Shown: piece by piece, positions 1 to 12,100 of the stretch
How positions within the stretch are numbered: the first letter of the stretch is position 1
Layout: every line of letters starts with the position of its first letter
Source of the DNA: Chrysomallon squamiferum
Taxonomy: Eukaryota > Animalia > Mollusca
Assembly: GCA_012295275.1 (NCBI GenBank)
Contig: CM022670.1
Location: forward strand, 9,052,001 to 9,116,000
DNA length: 64,000 nucleotides
Direction of reading: 5' to 3'
Translations under genes and position numbers: made by a program
Notes under the pieces: model-generated
What the model saw: the letters and a program-made list of their open reading frames with translations, nothing else
What the model was told of the DNA's origin: nothing
Databases searched by the model: none

Positions 1-263
1 CACATTTCTACAAGTCTCTTTAGTACGATAAGAATACGATATGTTAAACAAACATTAAATCAAGATGTTTATAAATAGAGTAACTAAGCCTGAAAAGTGA
101 ATATTGTTTTCCTGCATTTCCTGCATTCCCCAGCAAGAAACGGGCAATATATTTAAAATAAATAAATAAATGATAATATTACAAAAAAATATTATTATTA
201 TTATTGTTATTATTACTTTTGATTTATGTATTTATCGATTGTGCATGCTGATATATTTTGCCC

Positions 264-296
<33 letters not shown>

Positions 297-583
297 CATA
301 GAGCAATAAAAATTTGTATTCATTGAAGTGTGTGTCATATATACAAAATACAACGACAATCATTTTCCCTGACCACGCTAAGTACAATACAAAATACAGA
401 ATAAAGTGCCTGGACAAACAAACGTGCGGACACGGATCCGTGGCCACAACAGAAATATGAGAATAAATATCACTGACAATAACTGTGATTAATATTTCAG
501 CATTGATAGTGGAACCTGTCAAAATAACATTAAATAACTGGACGTTCTGAAGTTTATTTCCGTCAAATTCATTCTTCTTTCTT

Positions 584-622
<39 letters not shown>

Positions 623-1239
623 TTAATTTATTTATATTTGATAGTACAAGTTTTTAAAAAAACAGATGAATAAGTGCTATCAATGAAAAGGGAATAATAT
701 TTATTTATTTATTTGTATTCCCAAACTATAAAGTGTATGGTGAGGAAAAGAAAATGATAATGAGATAAAAAGAAAAAAAAGAAAAAAAGGTGAATATAAT
801 TCTGAAGATTAAGTCGATTATATTTATAAGCGTAAATACCGTATAATAAAGATCTGTTTCACTTCATTAAGAACTGAAGTATTTTTTTCCCTATTTTTTT
901 TATTTTTATATTTTTTAAAATATTTTTTAAAATATTTGTTAAATTTATTTTAAAGTTATTATTACCAATTTATTTATTTATTATCTTTTTTTATCTTTAA
1001 TTTTTAAATTTTTTTTAAATGTTTTAAATTGTTTCATTATTTATTTATTTATTTATTTTTATCTTATTGCGGTCAAGTACATTTGAAATACACTTACAAT
1101 AAAACGCTTGGCAACTACTCATTACAGGTGTATCAACAATTTCTTCGAACACCGAAGTTCCACAGTGGTAAAAAAACCAACAAAAACCCCCTCTAATTCA
1201 ATTAATTTGAAACTGAATATTTCCTTCCACTTATAGAGA

Positions 1240-1400
1240 GCGATAGTGACAGCTCAGGCCTGTTTTTCTTTGCACTGACGTCATGTGATTATTAACTATT
1301 ACGTTTTTACGACACTAGTCATGTGAGGGTAAAGTTTATGACTAACGTTTGACACCTACAAACTCGAAACGAGTGGATTTATGTTGCACTGGAATTTTTT
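1240..1400. promoter_or_regulatory. Candidate promoter/enhancer with CRE and two M-box-type E-boxes
   Basis: TGACGTCA at 1276-1283; GTCATGTGA at 1280-1288 and 1318-1326; CpG-retaining context. Confidence 0.35.
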
Positions 1401-1545
1401 TTTTCTCTTCTAATTTATGAGCTAATGATATATAAAGGAAAATTTGTTACTGAGTGCTTTATTTAACGTAGAAGCGATTTGTGTAAGTCAATGTATTAAA
1501 TAAATAAAATAAATAAATAAATAAATAAATAAATAAAATGAATAA

Positions 1546-1936
1546 ATGTAGGCCTACTGGCTGGGACAACAATAACCCAGTAAGAGAATCGAAGATAATT
1601 GATCCAATAATTTATTATTATTATAATTTTTTTTTTTAATATATATATTTTTTTTTTTTTCACAATTCTTTATATCCTTGTACAAAGTTCTAAAAATATT
1701 TTAATTATACTCATTATTTGGAAGAAACTTTATATATAACGAAAACATCAAATCAAGATAACATATTTGTATTGGCCCGTGTAACTAACATCTACGTTTA
1801 TACAACTGATAAGACTAACTGTCGTTTCTATGGGCGAGTTATAAAGTCCAGCAGGCCTGAGGAACAGCTGGTTATTGGATCAATTATCCTCGATTCTCTT
1901 ACTGGGTTATTTCTGTTCCAGCCAGTAGGCCTACAT
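1546..1936. repeat. 65-bp inverted repeat (arms 1546-1610 and 1872-1936, 4 mismatches, 261-bp spacer)
   Basis: The reverse complement of the left arm aligns ungapped to the right arm at 61/65 positions. Confidence 0.95.
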
Positions 1937-2200
1937 CACGAGTGATTTATCAAAAAACTTGTTGTATGTCTGCAGAAAAAGCATAACAAAGATCTTTGCT
2001 GTTAGATAATACAAACAAAAATAATAATAAATAAATGAAACAAGTAAAGAAGAAGAAAAGAAGAAGAAAAATAAATAAAATGAAAAATAAAATATAAAAA
2101 TGGAATCCCTTGTGTTATTTGTATGGTCACCGATAATGTGTTTGACATCTTATGATCGTAAAATTAAAATCGGTTGACATCATCGTTAAATACATTTCTT
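1830..2200 (+). mobile_element. Decayed tRNA-derived SINE (head, core, 3' tail) interrupted by an A-rich tract
   Basis: Order ggatcaat - tgggttatttctgttccagccagt - tttatcaaa - gtatgt - aaagatctttgctg - tail gtttgacatc..atcgttaaatacatttcttcc; shares motifs with other copies in this window. Confidence 0.6.
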
Positions 2201-2286
2201 CCAGTCTGTATCATCTATATTATTTATTTAATTAGTTACTTAAAGAAAAAAGAAAGTCAATAATAACCAATTTCCGAACACAGTAA

Positions 2287-2325
<39 letters not shown>

Positions 2326-2769
2326 TTATTACCAATACTGTTTTACCGTGTTTTGTCTCGACGTAAAGATGTGATACGTTAACATTTTAAAAAGTATAAA
2401 ATAATTGGAGGAATGATTTATATAAATCGATTTATTTTGAACGAATTTGTGTTCACTCGTGTTGCTGATTAATAGATACATTTTAAAATGTTCTTAAAAC
2501 ACAGTTATGACTTTTCAGTGTTTTTATTATTCAGTGGAAGTCAAGTACCTTTCACTGGGAAACGCGATAATGTTAACACGTTGATATGAAGCAAAAGGTC
2601 AGTGTAAATTTAAAAAGCTAACATTAACATTTATATTATATCCAAAATAATTGAATAATTAAAATAATATAAAAAAAAGTTAGTTTTTATTTATGGGAAA
2701 GAAATGTTATATAGTTAATGGCCCTTCCAAAACATTCTGAAACTAAATTTTAAAATTTTATGTCATCAA

Positions 2770-2878
2770 ACGTGGTTATAGGCAATGAAATAATGACAAA
2801 GTCCACTGCCGCCATTTGACGGGTTACTCTTTCTAAATAAGCAGCAAGAGATGTTTCATATGCGCCTTCTCACTGACT
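2770..2878 (-). mobile_element. SINE fragment
   Basis: ccactgccgccatttgacgggttactcttt...agcagcaagagatgtttcatatgc is the reverse complement of the SINE body seen elsewhere in the window. Confidence 0.5.
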
Positions 2879-4229
2879 ACAAATTTATTTTTATAAAAGG
2901 GGCGTTGAGGAGAATGATCAGGCGATATGTCTTTAGTTGTTTTTACACCACCAGTTCAGTAAATCAATCAATCAATAAATAAAAACAGTAATAAATATAA
3001 TTATATGATCATCACGTATTCAGAACGAAATAAATAAAACGAGAGATATTTAAAGCAATGCAAAAGAAAAAATTTATTTGAAAAATACCATTTTCGTTTT
3101 TCATTTTCAAAACATAAAGAAAACAATCTGTGATAAACTTTAACCTAAGACTGTCATTACAAAAAAAATTTACACTATGAATTATATATTTATACCCATA
3201 ACAAAATATATTATTATTCTTTTTTTTCATTGTAATACATGTTTTATAGTTGCTCTAACCATAAAACAGATAATATAAAAACACCAAATATAACACTAAT
3301 AAAGAAGAAGTAATCAATTTTAAAAAATATTTTTTTGTGTATGTATTCTCTGAAATGATCAAACAAAACCAAAAGACTTACTTTGTCACTAATCAGGAAT
3401 GTATGACGAGTGTATATATTGATATAAAAACTTGAGCAAATATATTAAGATATATATACACTAGACACCAGTTGCATATCAATACTTGTAGCAGCTGAAC
3501 AAATAAAAATGTTAACATAATTTAGGGGAATATCCCGAATGTGAATGAAAGGGGAGGGAACACATTTTTGTGTTTGAATATAACTTTCAAAATCAATAAT
3601 GAATTATGTTGTAAAGGAAAAAAAAAATATATATATATATATATAAATAGGTAGGAAAAATATATCAGTTGTTAAATCCAAAATCTGACTGTAAACCCCC
3701 TCATCACATCACCACTTCTGAGGTGAGTTTAGAGTGACATTAATTTAGTTTTAACTTTATTATTTTTACTTTATTGCATTATTATTATTATTATTATTAT
3801 TGGGTGTTTTTTTTTATAATAAGAACCGTTTATATATATATATTTTTTTTTTTAAATTTTTAAATGTTAATTATAAAACAAAATAAAGATTTTAAATCTC
3901 TAATGCAATTACTCTTAAATATTATTTTGTTTTATCTGCTTATTAATGTTAAGTAATAACACTTAACAACAAGTGAAAAAACCTATTGCCATTTGTTTCA
4001 AAATGTCATTTCAGAGATTCACTGTAAATCAATAAAAAAATAAACATTTCTGTAAACAGTAGATATAAATTGATTTTTAAAAAACAGAAAGAAAATAAAG
4101 CACAAAATACTATGTACAGGAAAACCCATTGCCATTTAAAAAAAAAAAAAAAAGCATAATCTGCCATATTGCACAAAGCATTCTCATCTCAAATCATGAT
4201 TCATCAATATACTGGTATGTACATTGTGC

Positions 4230-4271
<42 letters not shown>

Positions 4272-6063
4272 ATGCAAACATTGATTATTGTCTTGCAGCT
4301 GTCATCATAGCATTTTTGTCATTTATACAGTAACATATTTTAAATTATTGTCTTGCAATTAACATAAAAACTTGTTGCAAGTTGTGATATATTTTATGTA
4401 AAATGTGAATAAATTAACATTAATATATACTGTCAAGTTTTTCTTTCAAAAAAATTATCCAAGTATTTAAGAATAATAACTAAACAGTATTTTGTTATAA
4501 ATATATATTTTTATATTTTTTTTTTTTCATTCTAAGATGTAATTTATAATAAGAAATTTACAATTTAAATTTATTATTTTACAAAATGCTAACTATATTT
4601 TACAATTATCATCATATACAATATATTTATACTGAAAACTAACATTAATTTATGATACTAAAGTTAATAATTAATTTTGTTTATTTTATTAATAAATAGG
4701 ATTTATATCCTTACAGAGACTTATTAACATATGTCACTTTTTAACCATTTCAGGTGAGAGAAAACTTCCAAATTTTTAATACAATACCTGATTTCATTAA
4801 ATCATATCAAGTACTTATTTTCAAATGTGCACTACAAACATAATCAAAAAAATAATTTTAAAAACCTTAACCTTTGTGGCAGTAAAAGCAAATGGCATAA
4901 AAACAAATACCTTTGGTTTGAAATGAAGCTACAATGCAAAAAATGAAAATGGTCATGATTTAATAAAAAAAAAAAAATAATAATAATTATTATTATTAAA
5001 TTACATGTAGTCATACAGTCAAAAATAAAAAAGTAAATTCTGAACATATGTAAATGAAATAAAACATTGCACAATCCACACCAGAATAGCAAAGAAAGCA
5101 AACTATGAAAAAAAAAAAAAAACACTCAAAAGCCCCTTATTCTCCAGATATCCATCAAAGATTGAGAGGCTTGCAAACTAAACATAAATTCTGGACATTT
5201 TTCATAAAACAGATACTAATGGACAGATGGAATGTAGAACAAATATAAATAAAAATGGGAATATGTAATAAAACCCATCAAAATTAAATGTCAAGATTGA
5301 CAAATATTTTTATTTTTCATTTATTAAATATTAATAAAACTACAAGAAAAAAAAACCCCACCTAAACAATGACTTTCAGAATATTTTGACACATCTAAAA
5401 AGTCCACACACACACACACACACACACACACAGTCTGCTCTCACACTATATTATTATATAAAATATTATTACAATTTGATTTGATTATTTTATTTTTTAC
5501 AGAAAAATCAGATTTTCTATATTACTGCAAATGCAACAAATGATTTAATTTTGTTTTTTAATTTTTTAGTCAAAAAGGAAAAAATTGATTCCAGTTTTAT
5601 GAAGAATCTATTTATAAACATTCTAATTTCACCTTCAAGTCTGAATTTTCTGAAAGTCAACAACAAAAAGGCTGTAATGATCACAATGGTTTATAATAAA
5701 AATAAATATAAAATAAATAAATCCTTGTTTGATATAAAAAAAAAATGGATTTTTTTTTTTTTTTTTGAAAGGTTTTATTATATATTCATTGTTTTAACAA
5801 ATATGATGTGATAAAAAGGTCAGACTACAAATGGCTGACTGGAATAGAAAATATGAGGAAAAAATATATGTTAATAACTGACTAGAAAAAAATAATTTGA
5901 ATTAAGAAGTAATATGGATTCAAAATGTTTTACAAATCACAAATAAGTAACACAACCGAAGATATCACAACCTGGAAATTCTTCATTTCTTTGACTATCT
6001 CAGTCCAAAATGAATTATACATGTAAAAAAAAAAAAAAAATAATAATAATAATAAAAATAATA

Positions 6064-6102
<39 letters not shown>

Positions 6103-7248
6103 ATAATAATAATAAATTTAAACAAATGAAATAAAGAAACACAAAAGCTAGGTTTCTACCAACTACCAAAAAATTGTGTAAAATAATGTGCTGATTCTGC
6201 AGCAAATACAATACAATATATACAAATTTTCAATAATAAATTATAAAATCAAAATATAAACAATTGCCTGATCAAGACCAAACATAAATATCTAACAGAT
6301 AAAATGTTTACACGTGGCTTGCTCTGTTTCAATAATAAAATGAAAAAAAAAAAAAGGAAAGCAAAGCCAACATTATTCTGATAACAAAACATCAAATAAA
6401 GTTGCCATCTGTCTACAAATTTCATGAGATATTTTAGCTAATATTTGTAGTTCATGTATGCACAATATCCATAAATATAAATCAGCAAACAAAATTTGAA
6501 AAGAAAGTCTAACAAAGAACAAAGCTGCACATGCTCTTTTCCCAGTCCAACTAAAGACAGACATTGTTAAGACATTAAATTTAAGAAGAATGAAAAACAA
6601 GTAAAAGCAATCCCAGTACCAGTCTAGCAGAGGATTTAACAGCTGATTTAAAGTATAAATGAAGGTAAATGTTTAAATACATTTATCTGCTTTTGATAAT
6701 TAAAACAATAAAAAAACAAATAATGATAAGATACTGTAGAAACATTGGATTAAATGTATAATGGAGGAAAAATAGGAATGTACTCATTATTAATGTTATA
6801 ATTGTTACTTTGGAATGTATTTAAAATTGATATGACAGAAAAATGTCACAACTGGTAAACAAAAAGTGACAGAATTCAAATGAACCAGTGAAAAAATACA
6901 AGCATATGTACATCTGTGGGTTTATTCTTTACTGCTGTTTTAATTTTTTTGTTGTAAATTTAAGAACCAATTCTTTTTGAAAATGAAGGGGAAACATTTA
7001 TTATAATGAAATATCTTAATTTATTTTTTTTTAAATATTTTTTATATAGACAATAACATACTTATGATATTAAATTTAAATTGAAGATTGAACAAAGATG
7101 GTGACAATTTCTAACTAAATTTCAATGCTATGACCTGCACCTCAACTTAAAGAATTTATTTAGAAAAGATTAATACAATGAGAAGATCCAGTCATAATGA
7201 TGTGACTTCCTAAAGCACTATGTGATGCATACATCAATGATGACATCA

Positions 7249-7853
7249 TTATTTAATTCTGCTCTGTGATGCTTTCTGTCTCTGGGCCTTGAACCTCTTG
7301 TATTCTCTTGTAGCATATCTTTTCTCTACAACAGAAGGGGGAACAACTGCATTCTCCTTGTTTTCAGGACCATTGTAGTCATCATTCAGAAGTGTAGTTC
7401 CTTCTCTCTGTAACATGGTTGTGTTGTTGTGCCTGTAGCAGTTGTAGTTTGTGTTCCGTGGTTTCAGAACGGCCCGAGATATTTTGCTGAAGAAGTTGGA
7501 AAATGAAGACTTCTTTTCCATTTTTTTCATATCTTTCGTTATTGGCTTGGGCACTGTGATGATGGGTCCTTCGTGAACCGACATTTCATTCCTGCCATAC
7601 GTCTTCCCATGATCCTCCAGATTAAGAGTGGCCAGAGTGCACAAACTTTCCGGTTTAGCAAGAGGAGCTTGTCCATTTTGCATCCACAGCTCTTTCTGTT
7701 TGAGAGCTTCGTACGCCTGCCATTTTGAAGTGATGGTAATGGATCCTGTGAGGTCACTTTTGCTCCTGTAATGGCCGACAACTCTGTTTGCTGATCCAGC
7801 GGTTTTCATCTGTTTTAACAGATTCTGAGCCGGACTGTCCAGAAGATTATTTT
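7249..7853 (-). CDS. INF2: INF2-like terminal exon 16 (basic, probably disordered tail)
   Basis: ttttctttaaacag| acceptor; about 200 open codons with coding-like GC, ending ...KASQSRIK-TAA; how it joins exon 15 in frame is uncertain. Confidence 0.72.
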
Positions 7854-9071
7854 CTGTTTAAAGAAAATTGCATATAACAATGGGAATAACTACTGATTTT
7901 TTTTTTTTTCAAAGTATTTAGTTATAATGTAACTGGTCTGTAATATAATCTTTCTCTTTCTCCTGTCTCTTTCTCACTCACTCACTCACTCACACAAACA
8001 ATAATAGTTCAGACACACTTCTCTTTTTTAACTTTAACATACTTTTGAAAAAAGCAATAATAAATCAATAACTATTTCCATGTAAGTGAAAGCCTAATTC
8101 CCTACAGTAATTAAGGTAAAAGTATTCCCATTAAAATAATTAAACTTCTATTAGTTTGAACTTTAATTCAAAATAAAAGGTTTATTTTTGGCCTTAAATG
8201 GAGTTGCTGAACAAAGAACAGTAATGTTGTTGTTATTTGACTGTTTTAGTTTTTTTTCTGGTTTTAAAACACTTAGAAATAATGTAAAATAAAACTATAT
8301 TTTTGCATTCTTGTATTATCAAGAATTAAAAGGCAGGAATTTATCTAAAACCTTTTAAATTTTGTGTGAGTTTGAATGACTGATATCCCAACTGCTTTCA
8401 GCTCTATGCATTAAAGAATAAATTATAAACTTCCTTATTTTTTTTTAACTCCTACTAATGCAAACATACATACATACAAACATGTATACATACATACATC
8501 CATCCATCCATCCATACATATATAAAACATAAATACATACATACATATATACATACAAAAATACATACATACATATGTGATAATCACATTTTGTAATGCA
8601 GTAGAGCTTAGTCTGCACTATGTACAAAGTCTATCTCTGAATCTTTGTCAGGGTTACACAAACATAAATCTACTGTCATATCATTATAATATATATCATT
8701 AACAGATGTGTAAGAGTTTATTAAAATTACCAGAACTTGTGAGCACTTTGGGTCTGGGTCCGTGCGGTGGATGTTGGGAAAGCAAAGAAATCATCTTCAA
8801 ATGCCTCACTTCGTGGCCGATTCACCATCGGTGTTCCAACAACACTGATGCTGCTGAGGTCAAGAGGACTGACCTCTGACTCTGGGGTCACAGCCTTGCT
8901 GTGATGAGGAGTAACATTCTCCCTTCTTGAAGACAGCTCACTGAAAGGTAAACTGAGCATGCATGAAATAGGTGGCTTGAAATTTCCATGACGAAGGTCA
9001 TTGATAATTTTCTCCAAGATTTTCTTTTTGTCTTCAAGAACTGATGAACTAGCTTCTGTTAGAAAGAAAGA

Positions 9072-9114
<43 letters not shown>

Positions 9115-12100
9115 AAATAAAAATGTATTTTTCTTTTAAGTAGCAAAATTATACATTTACCTCACTTTAAACAAAAAATATACATTTCAATCACACACTG
9201 ATTATACTGAAATGTAAAGAAAATTACCAATTCATTTCTCAGTGTTATTTTTAAAATATAACCTGCAGATTAAACTTATTTGAACATCTGAGTGTAACAT
9301 TCTGTTCTCAAGAGATACCACTAAACACTTAAAAATATTATAAAAAAATTAACTGGAGAGGAATTTTTGAAAATAAATATGCATTTAACAAACTGTTTTA
9401 GAAATGTTCATTCATGTTTTAAGTACTTTAAAATGACATGATATATATGACATGTAAAATTACAGTGATATTTAGTAATATGCAACTTACTAGCTTCTTT
9501 GCCAAACTGTAATGCCATATTCTTTAAGCGAATTTGCTGTTGGAACTGATCACTTCTTCTTCGAGCTAAATGTCTCTGTTTTTGAAACAATATATTTTCC
9601 TGTAAAAGATGAGAAAATAATTTTTTACTTCTGACTACAGCAAAATGAAGTCTAGTGACTAAAAACATCAGTATCTGCATTTTATTAAGATGCTAAAATT
9701 AATATTAAACAATAAACAGATTTAAAGTTTAAATACCTGATATTAATGAAATAACAAAGACAAATGTACTAAAAAATCTAAATACCTTTCGACATTTTTT
9801 CAATTCTTTGCAGAAGTCAAGTATAGTTTGGAGACATTTTTGTAGGTTGAAGTCAGTTTCCATCTCACAGAAGTACTGTGCCATTTGCTGAGAAAGACTG
9901 CGCAAGTCTGATATTGAAGTCTGCATTTCTTTGAAATCTGATTTGACATCCTGATAAAATAAATCAACAATCATTATCCCCAGTAATTTTTATAATTAAA
10001 GTAATTTATTTATGCCATACACCTTTCAAATGACTTTTATTTATTTTACTAGGATGTAGCAATAAAACATTAATTTCAAAAATTATGTATCCATTTATAT
10101 TGATAAAAAGAAATAAACAGTGTAAAATTATCGTCTTTATTTTGTAACACTGCATGGAAGAAAGCAAGGGAAGTAATTTAAAGATAACTCCTACCTCCAT
10201 AAAGAAATGAAAGATGTCCTGAATAGCAGGATGAGCTCGTGAAAGCTGGTGAACAAACTGCTTCATCTGCAGATTCATCTTAGTCACATCAAGTTTGATG
10301 TCTTCTGGAGAAACACTAAAACCAACATTTAGTATTTTATTTTGTTATTCACACAAATATAAATAAAAATAATTAAAACAATAACACTTAGATGTGGTTA
10401 TCCTTTTACACCTGTTAAATTTTTTAATATAAAATTCTCATAATCCTTTAACAATCAATTAAATACTTGAAGTATAATTAACATTTTCTAAAATAACAAT
10501 AAAAACTGGATGGATATGCAGCAGGCAAAATGATACCAATGCTTCTTTTTAATTATTAAATCTAAATCAAAACTGAAACAATAATAATTAAAAACAGTGT
10601 TGTGAAATCTCAAACACAGAACAGTACCTGGCAGCTTTTTCCAGTTTGGGGATTTCAGCAAGGAACTTGAGCATTGTCTCATCACTGTCGATGACCACTT
10701 GGACGATGTAGTGAATAAGTGTCTGATTTATCATAGCAGACTTCACTTCACTCAGTCTCTCCAGACTGGTCAGTTTGTAACCTGCAGCATTGCCATTGTA
10801 GTGACCCTGAAATAAAAACAAACACAAAATATTATTTTTGAAGATTTAAGTGCCTTATATTACATTATTTTTCATGTTTTTGTTACAAATTGAAAACTGA
10901 GTTAATATACATAAGATGTATTATGTGAATGTTTTCATTAAAATACATCTGGTTTCATTAAATCAAGTTAAACATTTTATGATCTTTCTTCTGTATATTA
11001 TACTCTATCTTACAAAAACAGTTCAGTGAAAAATAAAATAACTAAAAAAAACAGGCTACAAATGCCCCCCTCACCACAAAAAAAATCTTCAGTTATATTA
11101 CAAATACCAAATTTCTTTTTAATAGAACAAATTGCCAACATCCTTTATTAATATCATATAAAATTAACAGTAAAAAAACTAAATGTTAAAAATATTTCCC
11201 AAATGAACTTACATGATTCAAGAAGTTTCCAATCTTCAGAACAAAATGGAGGATTTCTCTGAGGTCTGGACTGTCTAGGATGAACCTGCAGACAGACACT
11301 GTTGCTCTGAGCGAAGTTTTCAGTCGCTGAATGTTTGATGTGAACTCGGCTCTTGTGAGATGGCCATTGATGAGTGCTCTGTAGTCAGGTACATCAGAGA
11401 GATGAAGAAGAAACTGTTCGCCAAGACCCAGCTCCAGCAGATTCCCTGTGTAAGTCTTCAACATCAGAATCTGACACACAGATAAAGTAAGATTATTAAT
11501 AAAGGTTTCTTACAATAATTATAACAAATCTCATTTATTAAAAATTTCATTAATGTTCATCATCTTGTTTTTGAATAATAAATAATGCCACTGATTTCAA
11601 TGGAATTAACGTTTTAGCTGAATTTTCAGAAATTATTAAATATGCTTTTAATCAGTTTTTGAAAAACACTAGAAATATCAATTACTAAAATGAACTATGG
11701 CAATAGAATAATACCAGCTTGCATGAGAATCATTTCATTTATAGAAATCAAATCTGAATTTGACTGACAAAATCAGTCATATAGTTATTCATGATTAAAT
11801 AATAGTTATGACATATTTTTACACCAGACAATGCATAACCATTTTCAAACAGCATTTTCTGGTAATCTGTTTATCAAACTTATAAATATTACTTAATAAT
11901 CTATCATAATACTATTAAATACTTTAACTGGATTGTGGATTTGTTTTTAATTTTGATTGTTTCACAGGGAAAAGATAATTGCTGCAATATTATAAAAAGT
12001 CACACCAGGCTGAGTCGACAATCTGAAACTTACCTCATCATGATCAGGCAGTATTTTGTTTAGATATTTTAACATTGGTAAAGACAGAGTTGATGGATCA

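Noticed and set aside
431-442. Short palindromes (CACGGATCCGTG here; TGCCCTTTGAAGGGCA at 36422-36437; ACACCTCCAGGTGT at ~19862)
   Set aside because: Too short to distinguish from chance in 64 kb.
1718-1945. 75-aa plus-strand ORF
   Set aside because: Runs through a SINE remnant and inverted-repeat arm; non-ATG start.
7539-7781. 80-aa overlapping alternative-frame ORF in the terminal exon
   Set aside because: Non-ATG start, no motif, and expected by chance inside a GC-richer exon; it does not resolve the junction problem.
7856-8728. Missing micro-exon that would fix the last-junction phase
   Set aside because: No AG...GT segment with a credible pyrimidine tract and a stop-free phase 2-to-1 length was found by eye.
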